Program-made: the position numbers and the translations under genes
DNA from: Candidatus Latescibacterota bacterium
GTDB taxonomy: Bacteria; Latescibacterota; UBA2968; UBA8231
NCBI GenBank assembly: GCA_965221775.1
Contig: CBDCSU010000006.1
Location: 576,001-640,000 of the forward strand
Reading direction: 5' to 3'
DNA: 64,000 nt
Shown: piece after piece, positions 11,569 through 21,265 of the stretch
How the letters are laid out: each line of letters opens with the position of its first letter
How positions within the stretch are numbered: position 1 is the first letter of the stretch
Notes under the pieces: model-generated
What the model saw: the letters and a program-made list of their open reading frames with translations, nothing else
Told to the model about the DNA's origin: nothing
Databases searched by the model: none

Positions 11569-12632
11569 ATGCATCCTCAGAGACCAAACCTCTTCGAGTA
11601 CGCGACTTCTGAACTCTCGCAAGATGCCCTCTTCTGTTGGCTGCTGAAGTGGGCTGATCCGACTTGCCGCAATTCAGCGAAGCCCTCCACAAGGCTGGAG
11701 TCGGCTTCATCCGCCTCCTGTCTGCTGAGAAGAGCGGTATCTCCGAATTGATCAACTCTGTCAAGGTGGAGAAGCAGGTTGATCACATTGATGTGCTATG
11801 TAGGCTCAACGAGCAGGAAGATAGCGAAGCTGCGATCCTGATCGAGGACAAGAAGGGTACTCAAGAACATTCGAACCAGCTGCAGAGATACAAGAAGCTG
11901 GTAGGCCAGGGGCTTCCGGAAGAGAGGATTGTCGCCGTCTATGTTCAAACCAGGGACCAAAGCGACTATAGCAATGTGCGTGGACAGCGATATGCTGTTG
12001 TCAGTCGACCTGACCTTCTGGAAATCCTCGAAGACTGCAAGGAAGCTCGAAGAGAGAGCGACATTCTCGACGGATTCCTGCGACACCTACGTACCATAGA
12101 GGACGATGTGCAAAGTTGGCAGTCGCAGGATCCGACAGATTGGTCCTGGAGTGCCTGGACAGGCTTCTACATGGAATTGCAGAAAAACCCCTCCATAGAG
12201 GGCGGTTGGGACTACATTCCAATAGGTGACTTTCTATGCTACTGGTTTGGCAACTGGAATCCCGCTGCGGGAGTCGATCAGACATGGATGCACATCGATA
12301 ATTCGAAGGGGACTCTGTGTTTTCGCATTGCCATGTCCAAGTCTGTCTCAGACGCAGATCAAAGGTATGCATTGAGAAACCAATGGAATAGCCGCATCAT
12401 TGCTCGATGCAACGAGCTGAACCTCCCTGCAAGGAAACCTCCACGCTTTGAAGGCATCTTCTCTGGTAGTTTGACTGTTGCGGAGATCGACCGTGAAGAC
12501 TGGCTAATGGTCCAGGACGGCCTTGTGGACGTTGACGCAACGGTGGCCACCATGGAGAAGTGCTTGGAGGTGGTTCGGTATTGTTTTGCACTTGGTAGCG
12601 CTCATTCGGAGCGAGGGAGAGTTCACGACTGA
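11569..12632 (+). CDS. PD-(D/E)xK nuclease superfamily protein (PDDEXK_4-like); frameshift at about 11668
   Basis: N-terminus PNLFEYATSELSQDALFCWLL is in one frame, catalytic-type IDVL...ILIEDK in the other; one added base joins them; lower GC than the housekeeping genes. Confidence 0.72.
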
Positions 12633-12663
12633 AGTGTCCACGCACATCCACGCAGAGAGAGAT

Positions 12664-13352
12664 GGGACCATTTCAAGAGTAGTCCCTGTTCTCCGTGCAG
12701 TGCTGACGTTGAGCTGCAGTACAACTACCTTGGGAACGAGCATTTCTCCGTGGCGAGTCCGCATCCAGGCCGGGCTCGCGACGCGACGCCGGCGCCGGAG
12801 TTTCATCGAGCGCCGCCGGAGCCGTCTGATCGCCGGGCTCGCGCAACGGCCTTGGCAAGCCGCGACGGCTGGCCCTGATGTCGGGCACCATCGAGGTGAG
12901 ACGGCCGCGGGTCCGGGGGCCGGAAGAGCGCTTGGAGAGCCGCATCCTCCCGCTGTTCCAGCGACGCACCCACGAGGTGACCCAGCTGTTGCTCGAGCTC
13001 TACCTGCATGGGCTGTCGCGGGGCGACTTCGAGTCGGCCTTGCGGGGTCTGCTGGGGGGACGGGGCGCCCCTGTCGGCCTCGTCCATCGCCCGTCTGCGG
13101 GCCACGCGGGAAGAGCAGTTCGAGACCTGGCAGCAGCGGCGGCTGGACGACCGGGAATTGGTCTACGCTTGGCCGACGGTATCTGCGTGAAGGCGGGCCT
13201 GGAGAAGGACAAGGCGGCGTTGCTGGTCGTCATCGGAGCCCGGAGCGACGGCCGCAAGGAGATCCTGGCGATCCGGCCCGGCCATCGCGAGTCCACCGAG
13301 TCGTGGCGAGCCGTGCTGCGCGATCTTCGGGACCGCGGGCTGCCGGCGCCGA
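12664..13352 (+). mobile_element. IS256-family transposase remnant (frameshifted, truncated)
   Basis: Fragments RNGLGKPRRL.LMSGTIEVRRPRVR, LYLHGLSRGDF, APLSASSIARL, DGICVKAGLEKDKAALLVVIG, GHRESTESW lie in shifting frames; the 3' half is missing; possible left end gggaccatttcaagagtagtccc at 12664. Confidence 0.8.
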
Positions 13353-13419
13353 CTCAAGAGGCGGCGATCCCCACAGAGCGGCCGCCTCGGGCCGACTCGC
13401 AGGGGACGTAGATGACGCC
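13353..13419 (-). repeat. Degenerate copy of the 3' end of the oxidoreductase gene (14512-14578)
   Basis: 58/67 identical by manual alignment; translates GVIYVPCESARGGRSVGIAAS* versus GVIDAARESARSGRSVEIAAS*. Confidence 0.85.
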
Positions 13420-13500
13420 GGGCGCCGAGAGGTTCATGCTGCGGGTCCCGATGGAAGCGGCTGCGTCCCGGCGCCGCCCGAGAACCGCCCTTCGAGAGGC

Positions 13501-14436
13501 TCAGGGCGCGAGCGGCCTGTTCTCGATGATGCCCTGCCGCGCGAGGAACTCCCGCATCACGGCGGCGCACTCCTCCGGCTTCTCCAACTGCAGGAAATGT
13601 GTCGTTCCGGGGAGGAACCCGTGCTCGACGCCCGCCGCGTCAGGAGGGTTGAACCTCGGACGGTCCGGCTCCAGGGCGGGATCGGAGCGGATCACCTTGG
13701 TGGGACATCGCAGGGAGCCGAAGTCCACCGACACCGCCGGCCGCGGGGCCTGGTCCCAGATCCGCGCCTCGTGCTCGCGGGGACATCGGAGCTCGTAGCC
13801 CTCTCCGGTGCCGGACTCCTTGAGGATGGCCCTGGCCAACAGCTCCAGCACGCCGGGCACGGCCCGCTGGAAGTAGGGCAGGCAGGAATGCAGCTCCACG
13901 AGGTCTTCCCTGGCTCGAAACCTCGTGGCCCGACGCCGGAGCATGTCGGCCATCTGCCGGGCCAACCGCTCGATCTCCCTGTACCCGGCGCCGGGGCTGC
14001 AGAGGGGTGGCGCGAAGAGCACCATGGCGGCGTAATGGGCGCCCCGGGAAGGAAGGTGCAGCCCGGCCAGTGCCGAGATGGAATGGAAGACGCCGACCGT
14101 GGGTTTCCCGCCGAAGAGCGAATCGACCGCTTCCGATACGCGGTCATGGTCGCGGGCGAAGGCATCGAAGTCGTGGGCCTCCAGGGCTCCGGCGTCGTTC
14201 CAGCCGTGGTTCCTCAGGTCGTGGACCACCAGGTCGAAGTCGGCGGCCAGGAGGGACCAGAACGGGTAGTAGAGGTCGATGGCGAGTCCGTTCCCGTGGC
14301 AAAGGACGAGCCGGGGCCCGGCGGGATTCCCGTGCCGCCTCAGGATGATGACGGTGTCGTCGTCCACCTGGACACGGTGGGTGGAGAGGGGCTGGGGGAT
14401 CTGCCAGACGGGTTCCATGGGTGTGGCCGAGGTCAT
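13501..14436 (-). CDS. Alpha/beta hydrolase
   Basis: LVLCHGNG, DLRNHG, nucleophile elbow VFHSISA, C-terminal THFLQLEKP. Confidence 0.85.
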   Translation of the reverse strand: MTSATPMEPVWQIPQPLSTHRVQVDDDTVIILRRHGNPAGPRLVLCHGNGLAIDLYYPFWSLLAADFDLVVHDLRNHGWNDAGALEAHDFDAFARDHDRVSEAVDSLFGGKPTVGVFHSISALAGLHLPSRGAHYAAMVLFAPPLCSPGAGYREIERLARQMADMLRRRATRFRAREDLVELHSCLPYFQRAVPGVLELLARAILKESGTGEGYELRCPREHEARIWDQAPRPAVSVDFGSLRCPTKVIRSDPALEPDRPRFNPPDAAGVEHGFLPGTTHFLQLEKPEECAAVMREFLARQGIIENRPLAP

Positions 14437-14512
14437 GAGGCTTTCGCGCAGGGTGCGGCCAATGGTTCAGCGCATCCAGAGCACTTGCAGACTCGGTCGA
14501 GACTGAGCCGGC

Positions 14513-15568
14513 TCAAGAGGCGGCGATCTCGACGGAGCGGCCGCTGCGGGCCGACTCGCGGGCGGCGTCGATGACGCCCATGACGGCGCGGACGCTCTCC
14601 GCGGTGACCGCCAGCTCCTCCCGCCCGCGGATGGCGGCGGCCACGTTCTCGTAGTAGGAGCGCCAGCGGCCGGCCACCGGCTCGAGCACCTCCTCCACGA
14701 GGCGGCCGTCCCGGTGGCGGCACAGGCGAGGCCAGTTGCCGCGGTCCTCCTCGCGCGCCGAGTCGATGTCGCCGGCCACCATGGCCGGCTCCTGCGGGTC
14801 CAGCCCCTCCTTCACCAGGGCGCCGTCGGTGCCGAGGACGTACCAGCGCGGCATGGGGATCCTGGCGATGGAGGAGGTGACCACGTGGATCTCGGCGCCG
14901 CTGCCGAAGGAGAGGACGCAGTGGGCGTGGTCCTCCACGTCGTTGTCGAGGCCGGCGTCGGAGAGCCGGGCGTAGACGCGCTGCAGCGGCCCCGGGGCCA
15001 GCTGCAGGGCCTGGTCGATCATGTGGGCCCCGAGGTCGACGAACTTGCCGCCGCCGCTGGCCGCCCGGCCCCGCCAGGAGCGCGGCGCCCCGTACTGCCC
15101 CCAGGCGAGCTGGACGTAGACGAGGTCGCCCAGTGTCCCCTCGGCCAGCAGCTCGCGCACCGTGAGGTAGTCGCCGTCCCAGCGGCGGTTCTGGAAGACC
15201 GAGAGCAGCCGGCCGGCGCGGCGGGAGGCGGCGATCATGGCGTCGGCCTCGGCGCCGTCGAGGCTCATCGGCTTGTCGGTGACCACGTGCTTGCCGGCCT
15301 CGAGGGCGGCGATCGCCTGGGGCGCGTGCAGGTCGTTCGGGGTGGCCAGCACCACCAGCTCCACCTCGTCGTCGGCCAGGACCTCCTCGAAGCGTTCCCA
15401 GGCGCGCAGGCCCTCGGCGGCGATCGCCTCGCGCGCCTCGGGGCGGCTGGAGACGACGCCCTTCAGGGAGAGCCCCGGCTCGGCGAGGCGGACCAGGTAC
15501 GAGTGGAAGCAGCGGCCGGCGTACCCGTAGCCGACGACGGCGGTGATCACGGGATCGGTGGAGGCCAT
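14513..15568 (-). CDS. Gfo/Idh/MocA family oxidoreductase
   Basis: VVGYGYAG, ALEAGKHVVTDKP, FQNRRWDGD, DLGAHMID; start set at ATG 15568. Confidence 0.9.
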   Translation of the reverse strand: MASTDPVITAVVGYGYAGRCFHSYLVRLAEPGLSLKGVVSSRPEAREAIAAEGLRAWERFEEVLADDEVELVVLATPNDLHAPQAIAALEAGKHVVTDKPMSLDGAEADAMIAASRRAGRLLSVFQNRRWDGDYLTVRELLAEGTLGDLVYVQLAWGQYGAPRSWRGRAASGGGKFVDLGAHMIDQALQLAPGPLQRVYARLSDAGLDNDVEDHAHCVLSFGSGAEIHVVTSSIARIPMPRWYVLGTDGALVKEGLDPQEPAMVAGDIDSAREEDRGNWPRLCRHRDGRLVEEVLEPVAGRWRSYYENVAAAIRGREELAVTAESVRAVMGVIDAARESARSGRSVEIAAS

Positions 15569-15667
15569 GGGCGGCAATGGTAGCGGCGCCCCGGGAGGGC
15601 CGCCAGAAAGCTCTGGCGGCGCGGCTGGCGGCAGCGCGAGATTAGACGGCAGGAAAGGAAGAGCAGG

Positions 15668-16042
15668 ATGCGCATCCGACTCAGCTGGCCCGGCGGCCAG
15701 GCCCACGCCGGTCTCGACGACACGCCCACGGCCCGCGCCGTCATGGCGGCCCTGCCGATCCGCTCCCGGGCCAGCACCTGGGGCGAGGAGGTCTACTTCG
15801 ACACCGGCGTGGAGGCCGCCCTCGAGGCGGACGCGGCCCAGGTCGTCGATCCCGGCACCGTCTGCTTCTGGGTGGAGGGCCGCTCCCTGGCCCTGCCATA
15901 CGGGCCGACGCCGGCCTCCCGCGGGGACGAGTGCCGGCTGGTGACCGAGGTCAACCTGCTGGGGCGCCTGGAGGAGGACCCGAGGGTGCTGGCCGGCGTG
16001 CGCGACGGCATGGAGATCACCGTGGAGCGGGCCGGCGGCTGA
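15668..16042 (+). CDS. Cyclophilin-like fold protein (DUF369-like)
   Basis: TPTA...LPI...WGEEVYF, FWVEG.SLALPYGPTP.S. Confidence 0.8.
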   Translation: MRIRLSWPGGQAHAGLDDTPTARAVMAALPIRSRASTWGEEVYFDTGVEAALEADAAQVVDPGTVCFWVEGRSLALPYGPTPASRGDECRLVTEVNLLGRLEEDPRVLAGVRDGMEITVERAGG

Positions 16043-16166
16043 GCCGCGGCGATGGGAGAATGGGGAACGGCGGGCAGCGGCAGGGCATCCTAACGGGGGT
16101 GTGCACACCGACGGCACCGGCGCCGGCGTCCGGCGCCCGGGAGCGTGGCATGAGGCCGGATCAGGG

Positions 16167-17543
16167 ATGAAGGGACAGGGGGCCTGGATGCGGGCGGGCG
16201 TGGTCCTGCTAGTGGCGGCGGGGCTGGCCGGCTGCGCCGCCGGCTACTCGCGCACCATGGGCCAAAGCCTGGGGCGCGTGCAGAGCCGCGACTGGGAAGG
16301 CGCGCTGGCCAGCCTCGACAAGCCGTCGGGCGACACCAACATGCTCCTCTACCGGCTGGAGAAGGGGCTGATCCTCCACTACGCCGGCGACTACACCGGC
16401 TCCAATGGCCAGTTCGAGAAGGCCGAGAAGCTCATCGACCGCCACTACACGCGCTCCATCAGCCGCGAGGTGGCGGCCCTGCTCACCAACGACGCCATCC
16501 GCGCCTACTCGGGCGAGGAGTTCGAGCGCGTCCTCATCCACTACTACCGGGCCCTGAACTACCACTACCTCGGCGACCACCAGGGCGCCCTCGTCGAGTG
16601 CCGCAAGGCGAACCTGCGTCTCTCCGACTTCGCCGAGGCCGCCGAGTACGAGCTGAGCTACGCCAACGACGCCTTCATGCAGTACCTCACCGGCCTGCTC
16701 TACGAGGCCGGGGGCGAGGTCAACGACGCCTACATCTCCTACCGCGACGCGGCCAAGGGCTACGCCGCCTACGAGGATGCCTTCGGCCTGGCGCCGCCGC
16801 CGCCCCTGGCCGCCGACCTGCGCCGCGCCACCGCGGAGCTCGGCTTCGAGCCGGAGTGGACGGAGCTGCAGCAGCGCTGGGGCCTCGATCCCGAGGCCTC
16901 CGGGGCGCCGCCCCTGGGGCCCGGGACGGTGACCGTCTTCGCCGAGACCGGCTTCGTGGGGCGCAAGGGACAGAACGAGATCAACGTGCCGATCACCAAG
17001 GGCGGAAAGCTCAAGGAGGTCTGGACGATCTCCGACCGCGCCGTGCGGCAGTACCATTACGGGTGGGAGGGCAAGGTGGAGTACTGGCTGCGGGTGGCCC
17101 TGCCGGTGTACGAGCCCGCCCCCAGCGAGGTCGCCGGCGTGCGGCTGCGCGCCGGCGACGCCGAGGCCCGCGGCTGGCTGGTGGAGGACCTCGACGCCAT
17201 CGCCGGGCGCACCCTGCGCGACAAGGAGGGCGTCATCCTGCGGCGCACGGTGGCCCGGGCCGTGGCCAAGTGGCTGGCCACGGAGGCCGCCGAGGAGGAG
17301 AGCGAGGTCCTCGGGGCCCTGATCAACCTCTTCGGCGCCGGCACGGAAGCGGCCGACACCCGCAGCTGGCTCGCCCTGCCGCGGACCATCTGGATGGCAC
17401 GGATCCGGATGCCGCCGGGAACGCAAGAGGTGGTTCTGGAGTTTATCAATGCACAAGGCGGTGTCGTCGACCGGCACAAGTTCACCGGCGTGCAGGCCGG
17501 AGGCGAACACCCCGTATTCCTCAGCTGGCGCAGCTTCCGCTGA
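16167..17543 (+). CDS. COG3014-like TPR lipoprotein
   Basis: Lipobox LAGC; Y.GE.FE, ALVECRK, ADTRSWLALP; start could also be 16188. Confidence 0.75.
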   Translation: MKGQGAWMRAGVVLLVAAGLAGCAAGYSRTMGQSLGRVQSRDWEGALASLDKPSGDTNMLLYRLEKGLILHYAGDYTGSNGQFEKAEKLIDRHYTRSISREVAALLTNDAIRAYSGEEFERVLIHYYRALNYHYLGDHQGALVECRKANLRLSDFAEAAEYELSYANDAFMQYLTGLLYEAGGEVNDAYISYRDAAKGYAAYEDAFGLAPPPPLAADLRRATAELGFEPEWTELQQRWGLDPEASGAPPLGPGTVTVFAETGFVGRKGQNEINVPITKGGKLKEVWTISDRAVRQYHYGWEGKVEYWLRVALPVYEPAPSEVAGVRLRAGDAEARGWLVEDLDAIAGRTLRDKEGVILRRTVARAVAKWLATEAAEEESEVLGALINLFGAGTEAADTRSWLALPRTIWMARIRMPPGTQEVVLEFINAQGGVVDRHKFTGVQAGGEHPVFLSWRSFR

Positions 17544-17565
17544 AGAAGGAAGGATCGACCAAACG

Positions 17566-18402
17566 ATGACGGGATTCCTCACCGGCGCCGCGGCCCTGGT
17601 GCTGCTGGCAGCGGGGGCCGCCCCGGCCCAGACGGCCAGCACCGCCGGCGGCGACCGCACCCTGCCGCCGGGGTACGTCTTCAACATCGTCGACTGGGAG
17701 GGCGGCCGGCTGCCGCCCCTGTACGAGCGCTCCGACCAGCTGCCCATGGGCCTCCACGACATCGTCTCCCTCACCGAGGCCAAGTTCAGCGAGGCGATGA
17801 TCCTCAAGATGCTCGAGGAGCGCCGCTGCGCCTGCGACGCCTCGGTCGCCTCGCTGGTGCGCCTCAAGAACAGCGGCGTCTCGGAGAAGGTGATCCAGGC
17901 CATGTCGCTGCACGCCCTGCCGCCGAACCGCTCCCTGGACCTGGCGATCCACATCGACTTCGAGGGCCTCGGCGGCGCGGCGGTCTCCACCCGGGCCCAC
18001 CGGGCCTACCTCTACCTGATCATCCCCGACGGCGAGCGCGAGCGCGTGTTCTTCGGCAGCCTGGCGGATGTGCTCGCCCAGGCTGCCAGGCGCGGCACGG
18101 CGGTGGACAACACCGACCTGCTGTTGCCGAAACAGGTTCGCCGCGTCAGTTTCGTGGCGCGCGTGCCGCTGAAGGTGCCCGGGGCCAAGCGCGCCCTGGT
18201 CTTCACCTCGACGCGGCCGAACATCTACACCGAGGCGGACATCCCCGCGGCCGACCGCAAGGGAGTCCAGGAGTTCACCTTCGACTACCCCGCCAGCTCG
18301 CTGCAGCAGTTCTGCTCGCTGCAGGTCCTGCACCGGCAGGACGCGATGCTCGACAACCGCTGGCACATGGAACGTTCGCACTTCGAGTGCGAGTGGGAGT
18401 GA
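17566..18402 (+). CDS. Exported hypothetical protein
   Basis: Signal peptide, gaagga RBS, host-like codon usage, helical DIVSL...LKNSGVSEKVIQAM motif. Confidence 0.7.
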   Translation: MTGFLTGAAALVLLAAGAAPAQTASTAGGDRTLPPGYVFNIVDWEGGRLPPLYERSDQLPMGLHDIVSLTEAKFSEAMILKMLEERRCACDASVASLVRLKNSGVSEKVIQAMSLHALPPNRSLDLAIHIDFEGLGGAAVSTRAHRAYLYLIIPDGERERVFFGSLADVLAQAARRGTAVDNTDLLLPKQVRRVSFVARVPLKVPGAKRALVFTSTRPNIYTEADIPAADRKGVQEFTFDYPASSLQQFCSLQVLHRQDAMLDNRWHMERSHFECEWE

Positions 18403-18407
18403 AAGGC

Positions 18408-19010
18408 ATGAATGGAATCGCGATGACCTGCGCCGCGGCCCTGGCCGCGGCCGGACTGTCGGCCTGTGCGGGCCCCCGGGCCTTCACCCAGGGGACCTAC
18501 ACGGACCCCGAAGAGATCGTCATGCTCGACGACGACTGGAACCAGAACGACATGCAGCTGGTGGCCAGGAAGATCGTCACCTCCCTGCAGAGCTGGAAGG
18601 AGCGCGACGCCCTCGACGGGGATCCGACGATCATCCTCGAGACGCCGAGGAACCGCACCACCGAGCACATCGACCTGCAGGCCCTGTACGACCACGTGAA
18701 GACGGCGCTGATCAACAGCGGCGAGTTCACCTTCCTCGACAAGGCCGCCCGCAGGGAGATCGCCAGGGAGTACGAATACCAGGGCTCGGGCTACGTCGAC
18801 CCGTCCCAGGCCAAGGGCCCCGGCCGCCAGCAGGCCGCCGAGTTCCTCCTCGGCCTGGTGATCACGTCGACGATCCAGCAGGTGGGCAAGGACAAGGTGG
18901 TCTACTACAAGGCGACCTTCGAGCTCACCGACATCGAGACCAGCGTCATCGTGTGGACCGACCACAAGGAGATCACCAAGGCCTTCAAGAAGAGGGCCAT
19001 CGGCTTCTAG
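18408..19010 (+). CDS. lpoB: Penicillin-binding protein activator LpoB-like lipoprotein
   Basis: Lipobox LSAC; NRTTEHID, LINSGEF.F, YY..TFEL.D..T..IVW. Confidence 0.75.
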   Translation: MNGIAMTCAAALAAAGLSACAGPRAFTQGTYTDPEEIVMLDDDWNQNDMQLVARKIVTSLQSWKERDALDGDPTIILETPRNRTTEHIDLQALYDHVKTALINSGEFTFLDKAARREIAREYEYQGSGYVDPSQAKGPGRQQAAEFLLGLVITSTIQQVGKDKVVYYKATFELTDIETSVIVWTDHKEITKAFKKRAIGF

Positions 19011-19021
19011 GAGGTAATGGA

Positions 19022-19567
19022 ATGAGAGCCTGGACCGCAGCGGCAGCGGTGACCCTGTGGGCGGCGGGCGCCTTCGCGGCAGACGGGTCCCCGGGACGCA
19101 CCGACGGCCCGGTGGGCAGCGAGATCGGCAAGGGAGGCTACCGCCTGGCGGGCACCCCGGGGACGTGGTCCCTCGCCCCCTTCCTGGGAGCCGCCATCGT
19201 GGAACCCGAGGACGACGACTCCGAGACCGACCTGATGTACGGCCTCAACGTCGGTTGGCGCACCGAGGACTGGCTCGGCGTCCACGCCAGCTACGCCTTC
19301 ATCCAGGACCAGGAGATCAGCCTCTTCGGCGTCGGCGTGCGCAACATCCTGGAGTACGAGCCCTTCAACTACCACCTCAGCCTCGACGCCGAGCTCTACG
19401 TCCCGGGCGAGGGCGACACCCGCTTCGGCATCGCCCCCGGCGCCGGCGCCGAGGTCCTGCTCACCGACAACCTCAGCCTGGGCCTGCAGTACCAGCGCGA
19501 CTTCATCTTCGCCGACGAGCCGATCGGCATCAACCGGTTCACGGCGAAGGTGGGCTTGCGCTTCTAG
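19022..19567 (+). CDS. Small outer-membrane beta-barrel protein
   Basis: Signal peptide, alternating beta strands, C-terminal VGLRF; ggagg RBS. Confidence 0.7.
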   Translation: MRAWTAAAAVTLWAAGAFAADGSPGRTDGPVGSEIGKGGYRLAGTPGTWSLAPFLGAAIVEPEDDDSETDLMYGLNVGWRTEDWLGVHASYAFIQDQEISLFGVGVRNILEYEPFNYHLSLDAELYVPGEGDTRFGIAPGAGAEVLLTDNLSLGLQYQRDFIFADEPIGINRFTAKVGLRF

Positions 19568-20175
19568 CTTCGGGCCGCCGCGGCGGCGGCCGTCATCTCC
19601 AGGAAATGGCGGTGCACCTGCGCTCCGGCGCTCAGCTCGGGGTGGAAGGTGGCCGCCAGCAGGCCCCCCTGGCGGGCCACCACCGTGTCGCCGCGGCACT
19701 CGCCCAGGGCCTCGACGCCGGCGCCCAGCCGCGTGATGCGGGGGGCGCGGATGAAGACCATCTCGATCTCGGTCTCGCCGCCGGCCCCGGTCCGGAACGT
19801 CCCGGAGCCCTCGAAGCTGTCGCGCTGGCGCCCGTAGCTGTTGCGCTCGACGGTGATGTCCATGGCCCCGAGGCAGCGCTGCCTCGGGTTGAGAACCTCC
19901 GAGGCCAGCAGGATCGCCCCGGCGCAGGTGCCGAAGACCGGGCGGCCGGAGGCGATGAAGGCGCCCAGGGGCTCCCAGAAGTCGAAGGCGTCCATCAGCT
20001 TGATGAGGGTGGTGCTCTCGCCGCCGGGGATGACGAGGGCGTCCAGGCCGTCGAGCTGACCGGCCTTGCGCACCGCCGGGCAGCGGGCGCCCAGGCCGCG
20101 CAGCACTCGCGCGTGGGCCTCGAAGTCGCCCTGCAGGGCCAGCACGCCGACGACCGGTCCCGCCTGCTCGCTCAC
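19564..20175 (-). CDS. pdxT: Pyridoxal 5'-phosphate synthase glutaminase subunit
   Basis: GVLALQGDF, PGGESTT, GTCAG, FIRAP, FHPEL. Confidence 0.97.
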   Translation of the reverse strand: MSEQAGPVVGVLALQGDFEAHARVLRGLGARCPAVRKAGQLDGLDALVIPGGESTTLIKLMDAFDFWEPLGAFIASGRPVFGTCAGAILLASEVLNPRQRCLGAMDITVERNSYGRQRDSFEGSGTFRTGAGGETEIEMVFIRAPRITRLGAGVEALGECRGDTVVARQGGLLAATFHPELSAGAQVHRHFLEMTAAAAAARS

Positions 20176-20199
20176 GGCTTCAGCTCCATCGCTCTACGC

Positions 20200-20234
20200 A
20201 AAGAAAGGAGACGCCCCCGGGCGGGAACGCCTCC
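20200..20234 (-). terminator. Intrinsic terminator-like hairpin between pdxS and pdxT
   Basis: Minus strand GGAGGCGTTCCC-gccc-GGGGGCGTCTCC followed by TTTCTTT. Confidence 0.6.
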
Positions 20235-20262
20235 TCGACCGACCGCGGGTTCGCTCCGATGC

Positions 20263-21168
20263 CTACCAGCCCCGCGTCTGCAGCTTTTCGCCCTCGCCGA
20301 GGGTTTCCATCTCGATCCCCGGCATCGCCTCGCCGAGCTGCTCGGAGACCTGCACGAGCACATCCGGATCCTGGTAGTTGGTCGTCGCCTTGACCACCGC
20401 CTCGGCGCGCTTCGGCGGGTCGCTCGACTTGAAGATCCCGGAGCCGACGAAGACCGACTCGGCGCCGAGCTGCATCATCAGCGAGGCGTCGGCGGGGGTG
20501 GCGATGCCGCCGGCGGAGAAGTTGGGCACCGGCACCTGGCCGGTCTCGGCCACGAGGCGCACGAGGTCGTAAGGCGCGCCCAGATCCTTGGCCTCGGTCA
20601 TGAGCTGCTCCGGGGCCAGGGTGGTGAGGCGGCGGACGCCGTCCATGACGGCGCGCATGTGGCGCACGGCCTCGACGATGTTGCCGGAGCCGGCCTCGCC
20701 CTTGGTGCGGATCATGGCGGCGCCCTCGCCGATGCGGCGCAGGGCCTCGCCCAGGTCGCGGCAGCCGCAGACGAAGGGCACCTGGAAGGCGAACTTGTCC
20801 ACGTGGAAGTGCTCGTCCGCCGGGGTCAGGACCTCGCTCTCGTCGATATAGTCGACGCCCAGGGCCTGCAGGATCTGGGCCTCGGCGAAGTGGCCGATGC
20901 GGCACTTGGCCATGACCGGGATGCTCACCGACTCCATGATCTCGCGGATCTTGGCGATGCTGGCCATGCGCGCCACGCCGCCTTCCTTGCGGATGTCGGC
21001 GGGCACCCGCTCGAGGGCCATGACCGAGACCGCGCCGGCGTCCTCGGCGATGCGGGCCTGGTCCTTGTCGGTGACGTCCATGATGACGCCGCCCTTGAGC
21101 ATCTCCGCCAACCCGGTCTTGAGGCGGTGGGTGCCGCTGGCCTGGCCGTTGCCGCTCTGGGGATCCAT
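20263..21168 (-). CDS. pdxS: Pyridoxal 5'-phosphate synthase lyase subunit
   Basis: [37 protein letters not shown]. Confidence 0.98.
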   Translation of the reverse strand: MDPQSGNGQASGTHRLKTGLAEMLKGGVIMDVTDKDQARIAEDAGAVSVMALERVPADIRKEGGVARMASIAKIREIMESVSIPVMAKCRIGHFAEAQILQALGVDYIDESEVLTPADEHFHVDKFAFQVPFVCGCRDLGEALRRIGEGAAMIRTKGEAGSGNIVEAVRHMRAVMDGVRRLTTLAPEQLMTEAKDLGAPYDLVRLVAETGQVPVPNFSAGGIATPADASLMMQLGAESVFVGSGIFKSSDPPKRAEAVVKATTNYQDPDVLVQVSEQLGEAMPGIEMETLGEGEKLQTRGW

Positions 21169-21265
21169 CTGCTGACTGCTCCTGGTGAAAGGCGGCCGCT
21201 GCGCGGCCTGAAGGACGTTCCAGCGTCAAAAAGTACTGGCCCCGCCAAATCATGGAAAGACCGGC

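Noticed and set aside
12523-14574. 683-aa plus-strand ORF and the many other long overlapping or antisense ORFs (e.g. 19057..21345, 28733..31039, 48430..50943, 50609..53254, 58327..61032)
   Set aside because: Arg/Pro/Gly-rich shadow frames of motif-bearing genes, expected at high GC
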